Shown piece by piece: positions 26,195-37,990 of a stretch of 64,000 nt of DNA. The notes under the pieces are model-generated. The model saw only the letters and a program-made list of their open reading frames with translations. It was not told the DNA's origin and searched no databases. The DNA comes from Octopus vulgaris (lineage: Eukaryota). Within the stretch, counting starts at the first letter, position 1. Each line of letters starts with the position of its first letter. The translations under genes were made by a program, and so were the position numbers. The DNA lies in contig OX597822.1 of assembly GCA_951406725.2 (NCBI GenBank), positions 91,574,001 to 91,638,000 on the forward strand. Direction: 5' to 3'.

Positions 26195-26270
26195 TTTTCT
26201 TCTTGGATAATTATATCCATTTCTTCAGACATAATCTTTTTCATTTTGTCTTGCAGCTGTGGAAAGTGGG
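26195..26270 (-). CDS. SRCIN1-like: Host gene exon E (AHFPQLQDKMKKIMSEEMDIIIQEEK)
   Basis: Acceptor cttttctgttgatag, donor gtaagt, 76 nt, phase 1/2. It bridges exons D and F exactly and is absent from the ORF track. Confidence 0.92.
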
Positions 26271-26451
26271 CTATCAACAGAAAAGACAAGAGTTAACATT
26301 AGCTTCAACATAGTTGCTTAATCTGCTTAATATAGAAGAAAAACCATCTACAAAAAATGCAATTGACATTTGTCATTTTATGAATTATGATTACAGTATG
26401 AAGATAAACAATACAGGATGGCTATTGCTAAAACACCACTTGATCAGTATT

Positions 26452-26800
26452 CATCATCATCATCGTTTAGCGTCCGCTTTCCATGCTAGCATGGGTTGGA
26501 CGGTTCAACTGGGGTCTGGGAAGCCAGAAGGCTGCACCAGGCCCAGTCTGATCTGGCAATGTTTCTACGGCTGGATGCCCTTCCTAGCGCCAACCACTCC
26601 GTGAGTGTAGTGGGTGTTTTTTACGTGCCACCGGCACAGGTGCCAGATGAGGCTGGCAACGACCACGATCAGATGGTGCTTTTTACGTGCCACCAGCACG
26701 AGGCCAGTCGGGGCGGCGCTGGCAATGGCCACGTTCGAATGGTTCTCTTACGTATCACCGGCACTGGTATCACAGCTGCAATTTCCATTGATGTTGATCG
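26452..26800 (-). mobile_element. RTE LINE 3' UTR fragment
   Basis: (CAT)n tail and close match to the reverse complement of 3100-3365. Confidence 0.88.
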
Positions 26801-27509
26801 ATTTTATTGTGTATTTTATTGCGTGCTGCTGAGCTATAGAGCTTCAGCAGAAATAACTGAGGCTTCACAAGAATGATAAGAACAACAGTTAACAAAACAT
26901 CACAAAGAAGACTGAAAATAAAACAATTTGAAGTATGAATTTTCTTTAGCAGCAATGAATACGGTTTCACTATTCAAGATTGTCTGATGTTCAGGGTTTC
27001 AAAGTGCAAGTGGTTTCAGATGGATATAACCAGTGGTAAAAACTTAAGGGAATTGAACAGCGGAAGGTCTCCAGACAAGAAGCCCCACTGAGGCAAATGT
27101 TTTGGCCGTTCCCTTTTAAAAGCTGAATCCAGGTCATTACTCCTAAGTACCTTTCTGCTGGCACTTTTAGCCACTTGGATATTAGAGACTTGTGAGTTTA
27201 AACCATCTGGAGATTTCATCTAGTTGGAACTTTTCTTCATTGACTCAGCTTTCAAACTTTTTGTAATTCAACTGAATGAAGAAGCATTTCATACTGCTTG
27301 AAGAACAAAAATATGATCAACTGTACATAAGTCTCCTGATATCAATAAATATAACTAATTGCAGATTATTCCTCAGCTCTAAACAATTTTACAGTCCATC
27401 TTAGTGCTACATTTATGGTATTAAGATGCTCAAAGTGCATTTTCACAAAATCTTTGAACCGGCAACCTAATAATACTTCACAGATTGATATAAAATACTT
27501 CTTTCTATC

Positions 27510-28170
27510 TAACTGGGGTTGAAAAATGGAACTATTTTCATAACTCTAATAAGAGAAATCAGTGGCCTCATTCCAGCCAGACTTCAAAACCTGTGGTTAA
27601 ACAAGGGTGCTTTGAACAGAAGGTCATGTTGGATGTTTAGCGGAATTTCGATGGGGTGTTGCATGTCGAGCTTGTCCCAGATGGTCATACTGTGAATGCT
27701 AACCTTTATACTCAACAACTGTAGTGAGTACATGATGTTTTGAAAGCCTGCTACCTGGCATTGATCAATCAAAGACATGCACTTCTACAACATGACAATG
27801 CCTCAACACACACTACCAATGTGTCCAATTGCAAACTTGAGTGGGTGGAAGTGCTGCCTCACCCTGCCTAAAATCCAGACCATGCACCATCAGATTATTA
27901 CATTTTCCAAGCTAAGGCTTATTTCCTGCACAGACGGAGACTCGACAATGTAGATGGGGTTGAAAATGGGTGTAGAGAGGTTTTTGCTTCTAAACCAGCC
28001 AAATGTTATAAGCATGGAATTGACCTCTGGTACAATGATGGCAAGAGACAATAGAATATAATGGCATATATTTTGATGAGTAAATGCTTTTTGTATGTAA
28101 TTTGTTTGAACTATTAAAATATGAAATATGAAAAAACAGTTGGCTCAACCTGGTATTTGGTAGAATGTAT
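27510..28170 (+). mobile_element. Mariner transposase fossil (3' half)
   Basis: ELVPDGHTVNANLY, LLQHDNA, VLPHPA*NPDHAPSDYYIF (YSPDLAPSD motif), with stops. Confidence 0.8.
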
Positions 28171-28253
28171 ACACTTTCCATTAAAAAATCCACATAATAT
28201 ACATTGAAAACAATCTGCATTTATATTCTTATAAAGAAAAAGAGATCACTTAC

Positions 28254-28384
28254 CTTTTTGCTCTGCAATAGCTTTTGATAGTTGACTTAGAGTTAGTGCC
28301 ATCTTTTCAACGTCAGTTGAGTTTACACGACAGTGCTTTGAGATTACATCAGTGCGTACTTCTTCAACAGAATCTTCAAGTTTA
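28254..28384 (-). CDS. SRCIN1-like: Host gene exon D (KLEDSVEEVRTDVISKHCRVNSTDVEKMALTLSQLSKAIAEQK)
   Basis: Acceptor ttctag, donor gtaagt, 131 nt, phase 2/1. LExxVEExRxDV coiled-coil motif. Confidence 0.92.
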
Positions 28385-28545
28385 CTAGAATTTTGGAGGA
28401 GGAAGAAATGAAAAATAACAATACATTAGTAACATTAAAAAATTTAGCGAAACGTTTCAGAGACTATTTTAAATACTATAGTTACTTGTGGTAGATTACA
28501 GAATATATTGAGGTATTGGACTATACCATGATGATTATAATGGTA

Positions 28546-28951
28546 TACTCTTACTCTTTTACTTGTTTCAGTCATTTGACTGCAGCCATGCTGGAGCACC
28601 GCCTTTAGTTGAGCAAATCGACCCTGGGACTTATTCTTTGTAAGCCTAGTACTTATTCTATCGGTCTCTTTTGCCGAACTGCTAAGTTACAGGGACGCAA
28701 TCACACCAGCATCAGTTGTCAAGCGATGCTAGAGGGACAAACACAGACACACAAACACATACACACACACATATATATACATATATACATATATACGACA
28801 GGCTTCTTTCAGTTTCCGTCTACCAAATCCACTCACAAGGCATTGGTCGGCCCGGGGCTATAGCAGAAGACACTTGCCCAAGATGCCACGCAGTGGGACT
28901 GAACCCGGAACTATGTGGTTGGTTAGCAAGCTACTTACCACACAGCCACAC
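28546..28951 (-). mobile_element. tRNA-derived SINE, young near-full-length copy
   Basis: Reverse complement of the 52784/59892 family with its internal (CA)/(TA) tract and AAAAGAGT tail. Confidence 0.92.
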
Positions 28952-30005
28952 TGGAAGCGCCAAAAACAAGCATTTCAGAATGTTAGGGTATCAATCTGAG
29001 GACAGTGCAGAGGATTCAGAAAGAGTTGAATGAATCTAATGGTGATTACAAAGGTATGGCAGCTCAGAAAACTCACTCTGATTGTTCTGATAAGAAAAGA
29101 ACTCCTGAATTTGTTGGTGAGATCTAGGCCATGATTGACAATGATACCTCTAAGTCAGTCAGGTCCACTGCCATGAAGACATTCGGTGTTCCTCATACAA
29201 GATGAGAGAGGGCCAATTTTTATCCCAAGCCATCAAAGGCCAGAGGAAAAAACCATACTATGAAGCTTTTGAATAAACTCAAGCATCCCCCCCAACTGAA
29301 CATGCTTTGGTTTTTTTCAGACGAGAAAAATTTCTGCCAGGATCAGATGGTGAACACGCAAAACAACCATTGGCTTGCAGTGTCCCCAAAACATGTACCA
29401 AGAATGATGAAAATCAAACATCCTGTCAACATCATGGTGTTTGGAGTGATGGTGATGTTATGCCTCCATTTACCTTCCCACATGGCCTCAGACTCAACAC
29501 GGAGGCCTACACCAAGTGCCAGGGGAGGTAGTGCTGCTGTGGGTCAAGAGGGTGGCTGCTGCAAGACCCTATGACTGGCAACAGGACTCTGCACCGTGCT
29601 ACACACGCAGGAGAACCCGGTCATGGCTGTCAGACAATTTCTGTGACCACATCACCCCTAATATCTGACCACCTAATTCCCCATACTACAACCCCTTGAT
29701 TATTATGAGTGGGGCACAGTTGAGCGAGAGACCAACAAAACTCCTTGTAACACCAAAGGTGAACTGAAGGCAAGGATTATGGCAGCATTCACCAACTTAA
29801 ACAAGGAGGCCATTCAGAAGAATTGCAGGAAATTCCAAAGTCATCTAGAGGCTGTGGTTGAAGCCAATGGCGATTTTATTGAATAAATTTACTCTTTAAT
29901 ATTTCAAGATATTTTTATGTAATTTTGGTAAATATATCTGTCAAAATGAGATGTCAGTGTTATTTTCATTTTTGCATAACTTAACAATATATTCACTGCA
30001 CCCTG
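28952..30005 (+). mobile_element. Tc1/mariner-superfamily (probably DD37D/maT-like) transposon fossil
   Basis: WFFSDEKNF, WQQDSAPC, *PPNSPYYNP.DYY motifs. Ends CACTGCACCCTG|TA. 5' end cut by a SINE. Confidence 0.82.
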
Positions 30006-30829
30006 TATATATGTATGTATATTTTATATATCAAACCCTGGCATTGTCATTTGCATCATTATCTCCCCACCCACTTATATATACACATACACATATAAAG
30101 CAAGTGAAGTACAGATATTCATGCTACAGTGCTCAGATGAATGAGAACTTAAATTCCAACTCCTTCAACCAGATCAGGTGGTGCCTCCAGTGTAGAAAGT
30201 TGGCTATAATATGGTCCTCATTGAATGGATATGGAAGTAAAAATGCTGAAGAAATACAAGTAAGCTTGATGAGTATATTTACTGTTGGCCTTGTACCAAA
30301 ATTTGCAACCAATATTACTCTTAAACATAAAAGCAAAGATAGTATCAACTAACACATATCTTGATAGCCGAGTTTCTGTTAAGTAAATTCATTACACTTG
30401 CTTCAGAAGACAAAGGGTGAGAGTATCAAGAGTTTATAAAAACATATTGGCATTGGAAGACTAGGTGGATAGAGAGAAGTACGAGAAAGCTTGTAGCAAA
30501 AGGCACAGCGCTAGGTTGCAGGGGATGGAGACGGAAACACAGAGGGAAGAGGAGCATGTTAGTAAGGTGAAGTGTAACTTGAGGGAAGTGAAGTGTAACT
30601 TGAGGGAAGTGAAGGAAGGTGAGTAGAGGAGGGAGTGAATGACTGAGAAGGTGGTGGAGAGAGAGTAAAGAAACAAGGGTAAAAAATAAAGTACAGACAG
30701 AAAGAAGTTACAACTGATGAGAAGGTGAGTCTGCCAGTATAAGATGTCTGCTATGTGCAAACAAGACTTATAAAGCTAAGCACTACTTAGTGACTATCTA
30801 CTCTATGCTTCTAATAGCATTTTATCACC

Positions 30830-30880
<51 letters not shown>

Positions 30881-31222
30881 TAACATCATCATCATCATTC
30901 AATGTCTGTTTTCCATGCTGGCAAGGGTTGGATGCTTTGACAGGATCTGACCAGCTGAAGGGCTGTTCAGGCTCTTCACACGCACGCGTGCACGTGCACA
31001 CACACACACAAGCATGCACACACACACGCACACACACATGCACACACACACGCACACACACACATGCACACAAACACACATGCACACACACATGCATGCA
31101 CATACACATACATGCACACACCCACAAACGCACACACACATGCATGCATATACATACATACATACGCACACACGCACACACACACACACACAGAGTTATA
31201 TCATCATCATCATCATCATCAT
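30830..31222. repeat. (CAT)n and (CA)n tracts with an RTE tail remnant
   Basis: Seen directly. Source of the poly-S/poly-D and VCVC ORFs. Confidence 0.9.
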
Positions 31223-31410
31223 TTAGCGTCCGTTTTCCATGCTAGCATGGGTTGGACGGTTCTGCTGGGGTCTGTGAAGCCAGAAGGCTTCATCAGGCCC
31301 AGTCAAATCTAGCCAACACTACCAGACATTTTGAGCATCTCTGCAGTGATTCCTGATGGGCCTGGGGCTTTCCCTGTCTTCATGCTTCTAATTGCCTTAG
31401 CTACCACAGA
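31200..31410 (-). mobile_element. Internally deleted RTE piece
   Basis: KAIRSMKTGKAPGPSGITAEMLK (pre-RT motif) is joined directly to the last ~110 nt of the 3' UTR and tail. Confidence 0.8.
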
Positions 31411-31437
31411 TATATATATATATATATATATGTATGT

Positions 31438-31705
31438 GAAGGTATATGGCCTAATAGTTAGGCTGTTGCACTGAAGATTGTGAGATTGTGGGTTTGATTC
31501 CCTGATTGGGCAGTGCTTTGTGCTCTTCAGCAAAACACTTCATTTCATGTTGCTCCAGTCCCCTTTCAATCAGTGGGGAATGCTGGCCAGCTCACCTAGC
31601 TAAGCAGGGTTGCATCATTTGAAAGCTAAAATAATGCAAAATGCATTGTGACCAACAATTTGTAAAAGTATCTGATAGCCTTGTTGGTCATGTGATCACA
31701 TGTGA
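31438..31705 (+). mobile_element. Old tRNA-derived SINE
   Basis: A-box-like TGGCCTAATAGTTAGG, B-box-like GGTTTGATTCC, then TTGTGCTCTTCAGCAAAACACTT. Confidence 0.65.
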
Positions 31706-31719
31706 TATTTATATATATA

Positions 31720-32908
31720 CTAGTGGGCCTCCTGACCTTTGGCCTGGTCTGTACAATGTTGAAATGTATTCATAAGGCACGAGTTAGCATCTATTGTAAT
31801 GCCCATTTTTCTTACAATAAAAGCTGTCAAAAGGTATATCAATATTGCATAACATAATTTAAAAAAAATATTTAGACTATCTAAATACAGAAAACAACAT
31901 AGATTAGTAATAGAGAAATGTATTGTACAAAAATTATAAAACATTTACAGAACTTCAGTATTTACAATGTTTACAAGTTTTTTCTTTGGAGCATTTATGA
32001 AGAGTTTCTGTGGGCTTCTTACTCTGGTACAACCTACACACAATTGACCATGTGAAGAACAACCCTCTTCTAGATGGAGACCGACAACCTGCAGTGGTTG
32101 ACCTTGGGACTTCTTAATGGTCTCTACATAACTGACTCTCACTTGGAATTGCAATAGTTTGAAATGAAAGAGGGCATCTGTTAGCGGTATTCTAGGTATA
32201 AATACAATGTCTCCCTTACCACATCCAGTGAGGAGTTTTGCTCTGATAATGTTAGGCTGTAGTTCAGTCATGGCTGATCCAGGTTTCTGAGAAGCATGAT
32301 GACTGTGCCCTTCTTCAATTCAAGGTTCAGTCATGGCTGATCCAGGTTTCTGAGAAGCATGATGACTGTGCCCTTCTTCAATTCAAGGTTCAGTCATGGC
32401 TGATCCAGGTTTCTGAGAAGCATGATGACTGTGATGACTGTGCCTTCTTCAATTCAAGGTTCAGCCATGGCTGATCCAGGTTTCTGAGAAGCATGATGAC
32501 TGTGCCCTTCTTCAATTCAAGGTTCAGTCATGGCTGATCCAGGTTTCTGAGAAGCATGATGACTGTGCCCTTCTTCAATTCAAGGTTCAGTCATGGCTGA
32601 TCCAGGTTTCTGAGAAGCATGATGACTGTACCCTTCTTCAATTCAAGGTTCAGTCATGGCTGATCTTTCTGAGAAGCATGATGACTGTACCTTCTTCAAT
32701 TCAAGGTTCAGTCATGGCTGATCCAGGTTTCTGAGAAGCATGATGACTGTGCCCTTCTTCAATTCAAGGTTCAGTCATGGCTGATCCAGGTTTCCTGAGA
32801 GAAGCATGATGACTGTGCTCTTCTTCAATTCAAGGTTCAGTCATGGCTGATCCAGGTTTCTGAGAAGCATGATGACTGTGCCCTTCTTCAATTCAAGGTT
32901 GTGTGACG
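31720..32908 (-). mobile_element. Helitron 3' fragment (Pif1-type helicase C-terminus, pseudogenised)
   Basis: HNLELKKGTVIMLLRNL..IPRIPL..QFQVRVSY..KSQGQ..SHGQLCVGCTRV. 3' hairpin CCAGGCCAAAGGTCAGG and CTAG|T end at 31720. Confidence 0.92.
32263..32898 (-). repeat. 63-bp tandem array x10 made of Helitron helicase coding sequence
   Basis: Unit starts at 32263, 32326, 32389, 32460, 32523, 32586, 32649, 32707, 32770, 32836. Confidence 0.95.
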
Positions 32909-33230
32909 CTCATCGTTTAACATCTGTTCTCCATGCTAGCATGGGTTGGACGGTTCGACCGGTGACCTGGGAAGCCAGAAGGCTGCACCAGGCTCCAGTC
33001 TTATCTGGCAATGTTTCTACAGCTGGATGCCCTTCCTAACGCCAACCACTCCGTGAGTGTAGTGGGTGCTTTTTACGTGCCACCTGCACAGGTGCCAGGC
33101 GAGGCTGGCAACAGCCATGATCGGACTGGTGCATTTTACGTGCCACCGGCACGGAAGCCAGTCAAGGCAGCGCTGGCATCGGCCACGATTCGGGTGGTGC
33201 TTTTTACGTGCCATTGGCACAGAATTTCCT
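32909..33230 (-). mobile_element. Young RTE LINE 3' UTR fragment
   Basis: Near-identical to the reverse complement of ~3050-3345. Confidence 0.9.
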
Positions 33231-34133
33231 GCACGGATATTTAAAGAAACCGATGTGTTTTCTCTCTCTCTTCTATCTTTTCTCCTTTCAAAAAAATGTT
33301 TCTCCCAGCATTCACTATTTTCCTCTTGTTCTAGTCTAACGATATACATATCTCCATATAAGGTTCCAGGTATGGCATTTGTATAAAAGAAGAACACAAA
33401 TTGGTTTAAAGGTTTACCACAGCTGTTTCAAATGCCTTCTTTATTGATGAATAGTTTGATTACTACAACTACATCATCAAAAAAATGTTTTTCCTCTCTA
33501 TTAGCCATCTTCAAAAAGACTGAAAACATAGGGAACTTTCTAAATTTAACTGGCTGTGATGGAAACATGCAAGCCAGAGGTCAGTGGGCAAAAAAATCTA
33601 CAAAGAACTCGATTAAAATTCATGCCTTCAGATTGGGCTAGATAGACAAATGAACAAAGATAAAGAGATGAGAGGAAGACAGAGAGAAAAAAGTCTCAAG
33701 TCAACCCTGATAAGGCAGATTTATGATTTTAAGTATTCTACCTGTGAGTTCTCAAGAAAATATTTCACTAAATCTTTGGAAAATATTAAATATAAATGTA
33801 TTGAGAAGTCTGTTTACAGTAACAAGTTTTTCCTATGCAGTAGTATGTATTTATAATTAAATGGGCTGAAAGTTAAGCTTTTTGGACATAATACAGTGTT
33901 AATAGTAAGACATTTACATCATAGTAAGAGGAAGTGTTTAATGGTTAGATAGTTCATATTAAAATAAGTTGATTATTGATTCAATTCCTATTTAAGATAC
34001 TAAGAAATTCTTTATTGATAAACTGCTGACATTAGTTAAATCTCAACATTTGTGCCTATTTATAAATGGAGGTGTAGACTGATATATAGTGGGTGGTGGA
34101 GAGAATAATGTTAACAAATAAATATCAACTTAC

Positions 34134-34255
34134 CAAAGTTCTTGGTCTATCCTCTTTTCTTCACGGACAAACTCTGTGTAATTTGCATCCACATCATGCC
34201 GCTCTTTTCGAATGGGGTGTAGACTGACCGTAAACGAAATTCTACTCAAAACATT
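34134..34255 (-). CDS. SRCIN1-like: Host gene exon C (NVLSRISFTVSLHPIRKERHDVDANYTEFVREEKRIDQEL)
   Basis: Acceptor ttttatag, donor gtaagt, 122 nt, phase 0/2, open in the required frame. Confidence 0.9.
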
Positions 34256-35479
34256 CTATAAAAATATCACAATGTCTAGTGTAAGAGAGGAGAATTGATG
34301 AGGTGATATTTATATCACATGTATAAATATGTATTTGGCATCCTATCAATTTGTTTTAGTTGTATAACTCAAAAACTGAAGACTTAGCATTGAAGTAGTG
34401 ATTTTAGGGAGAACACAATTGGTTTCTAGTTGTCGCCTCTGAACACCTAAGGGGACATGAATTCAATACTCCACATTAATAAAACATTTATCAATTATAA
34501 TAGTTCACTACTTAAAAACCTTATTTCTGGTTAGATTAGTTGAAACTTAAGAATTTTGTAGGACCACATTACTGGCACTTTAGTTGGTATATCACACTAC
34601 ATTGGCTCTGCAATTCATTTTATCAGTATTGTGTTTCAATGCAATGATATTAAATGAATCTTATCAAGTATTGACAATCAGAGATATTTAAAGTACTTTT
34701 CAAAGGAAGAGGTTAATTGGCTAATTGCAGCATGTTAAGTCCAGTGTATTACAAGTCTTATGTTCAACTTATGCCTCAACTAGTGAATATGTTTAATATG
34801 GATCAATCAGCCATGGCAGTCAACATTTTAGCATTCCTACTTTACACCTGTAAAAATCATTTGTATCAACAATATACAAATGTTAAAAGTTTCTGAAATC
34901 TATTTTCTACTTAAGTTTTAAGTAGCCAAGTGAGTATATGAACTCATAACCTATACTCCCAGTACCTGTGTGAGTATATGAAGCTATGAGCTGCATTTTA
35001 TGTGTCTGAGTGAGCAAGTGAATAAGCACACACTCAGTTTTAGACTATTGATTCATGACCCAAAGCTGATAGTCTAAAAACTTATTCACTGAATTACTAT
35101 TACACATTGCTCATAACTCTAGGATACCAATATAGCAACTTTGAAAATCATTTTTATTTTTGTGTCTAAGAAGAAGAGATATTGTAGTATGTAGTTTGAA
35201 CTATTGCAGTAGTCAGAGGTGAAATACATGGTCAGAAATAAAATGTTAGTAAAAATGGGTTTGAGTGATGAGAAACAATGATACTAAAAGTAGGAAAGAA
35301 TTAAGCTCAATGAATACTTTTAGTGTTATAAAATTCTGAAGTTCATAGGAGCCAATGGCAAAAAAGTATAACAAACAGATAAAAGAAAACAAATATATCT
35401 AAATTAATAATGATAATGGTTGTTCCAGTAGTAGGAAATAGTAAATTTAAATGTAAAGAAGCAAACATTTTTAGCCTAC

Positions 35480-35730
35480 CAAAATTTTTTTAGTTGATTC
35501 AGCCATCAATGTCTGCCCAGTTTCTGTATTTTTCCGATGTAAGAGCTGTAAGTTTTTAAGATCAGCCTTCAGTTCTTCAACCTTGCGCTTTACAAGGATC
35601 ATACGTACACGAGTATTCGGTCCAATCACTGGTGGCTGGTTGGTATATTTGCTGCGTGTAGATTTCTGAGAATGTGTTGCTGCTGCTGCTGGGTAACCAC
35701 TTTGAGCAGCACCAGGGATGTCTGATAGAC
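35480..35730 (-). CDS. SRCIN1-like: Host gene exon B (LSDIPGAAQSGY...RKVEELKADLKNLQLLH...KKIL)
   Basis: Pyrimidine-rich acceptor ending tgtag, donor gtaggc, 251 nt, phase 1/0, coiled-coil heptads. Confidence 0.9.
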
Positions 35731-36298
35731 CTACAGATGAAATAATCAAACAAAGAAATAAAAGAAAAATCAAAAGTAAATTAGACAAAAACTTTTATAT
35801 TAGTTTTATATCTATCTAGCATATTTGTCTATAGAAATATAGGTTGGATGGTTCAGGAAATTTGGTCATTTGCATAAAAATTTGAATCAATTGTTTTTTT
35901 TCGTATACGAAGGGATACTATTCTTATTATAAATCAAGAAAAGGAAGCAATGTTTATTGTATATTTACTCAGCCGTACTTTTATCACTACTTCAGTAAGT
36001 GAAATATGTCTGAAGTTATTTTCCATACCAGAAAATAAAAATAATAATAGTCATTAATTGTTGTTTCTTCTCAACGCAAAATTATTTCTACGCTTTTTAA
36101 TGCTCCATGAATGAAATATATAAACACTAATCTATTTTCATTTTGCAATTTACATGGTTTTAAGCTTAACACAATGACAGTAAAAATAATTGAACTTAAA
36201 ACCATTGTTTTATTAGTTCACTCACTATTTGACAAAACAAGAAAATGTTCAATATAATAATATACCAAAAAAAGCATTTTTAGCTTTAAGCAGATGAT

Positions 36299-37990
36299 AT
36301 GAGGGTTCTACCAAAAGTAATGCTAAAGTGAACATAACTTTTTTTTATTAACTGACATGGGTTGTTCAAATTGCAAGCGTTGGTAGAATAACTCTACCTC
36401 TATGGTAAATCTTCCTGTTCTACATTGCAGGCAAATAATGGGTTCCAAACAGAAGCGGCTTGTCATTGAATTCCTGATGAAGGAAGGCTGTATGCTGTTA
36501 GGCACTTACAGAAGGTTACAGGTTGTTTACAAAGATATTAGCATGACAAGAGCAATGAGCATAAATGAGTGAAGAAGTTTAAAGAAGGGAAGACTAGCAA
36601 TTATGACAAACTACGTGGTGGAAGACCATCAACTGTGACCACTGATATTAATTGTGAAGAAGTGGATGAATTAATTTACACAGACAGACAAGTCACAATC
36701 CACAAGCTTGCTACGCAAAGATGCAGTACAAGATGATATAAGATTTTGGGGGTTGGAAAGGGTATGCAAAGTGGGTACTAAACAGTTGATACCTGATTTG
36801 AAACATAGATGGGTGAAAGTCTTCTCTGATTTGCTGAAAGTATTTGAAACCAAGGAAGATGTTTTTTTCTCCTGATCAGGTGACAAGGAATGAAACAATT
36901 GTATCTTTATGATCCAAAAATGAAGACTCCATTAATGGAATGGCCTCACATCTCTTCTCTAAAGTCTAAGAAGTTCAACAACCAGCAATTGACACAGAAT
37001 ATTATGGTGACTGTATACTCCATTCATTCATCATCATCATAGTTTAACGTCCACTTTCCATGCTGGTATGGGTTGGACGGTTTGAGTGAGAACTAGCAAG
37101 CTGGGAGGCTGCACCAGATTCCAATCTAATTTGGCAAGGTTTCTACAGCTAGATGCCCTTCCTAATGCCAACCACTTAAAGAGTGTAGTAGGTGCTTTTT
37201 ACATGCCACTGGCATGGTAGCTAGTGTAGTGGGTGTTTTCTATGTGTCACTGGCATGGTAGCTACTTGAATGATGCCTTTTATGTGCCACCGGCATGGGT
37301 GCCAGTCAGGCAGCACTGGCATTGGCCATGCTTGAATGATACTTTTTTATGTGCCATTGGCACGGGTGCCAGTCAGGTGGCACTGGCATTGGCTACTCTC
37401 AAATGGTGCTTTTTACGTGCCACCAGTACAGGTGTCAGTCAGGCAGCACTGATGTCGGCCATAACTACGATTTCACTCGGTTCAAGAGGTCTTTACAAGC
37501 ACACCATATCACCCAATGATTGAAGGGTGCTTTTAAATGGGTCAGTTATGCAACACTGGCATCAGTCACGACTACAATCTCACTTGGCTTGCCAGGTCTT
37601 CTCTGGCATGGCATATCTCCAAAAGTCTCAGTCACTTGTCATTGCCTCATTGAAGCTCAATGTTTTAAGGTCATGTGTTACCACTTCATTCCATGTTTTC
37701 CTGGATCTACCTCTTCCACAGGTCCTCTCCATAGTTAGGGCATGACACTTCTTCACACAGCTGTCCTCATTATACAGTGCAAATTTACTGCCCCCTAATT
37801 TCTAACTGTTTGGCCCAATGAGAACAATGGTGATGCAAATGAGGTGAAAGTGGCTGTGAAAAAGTAAGTACAACAGTGCACACATGAATTTTTGCAAAGT
37901 TTTTTTGAGAGTTTTGAGAGTTGAATTCAATGACAAATGCATCACTTGTGCTGGAGACTATGTTGAGTAAATTACTTTGTATAGAAGAAG
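36299..37990 (+). mobile_element. Mariner fossil interrupted by an RTE insertion
   Basis: TA-TGAGGG terminus, FKEGKTS..DKLRGGRPST, KWVLxQL, degenerate YSxxLxPxxF after the RTE. Confidence 0.75.
37028..37770 (-). mobile_element. RTE LINE 3' fragment
   Basis: (CAT)n tail, 3' UTR repeats, and RGRSRKTW on the minus strand. Confidence 0.88.

Noticed and set aside
32263-32898. CRISPR-like array
   Set aside because: Head-to-tail units with no unique spacers, eukaryotic context, and Helitron-derived sequence.
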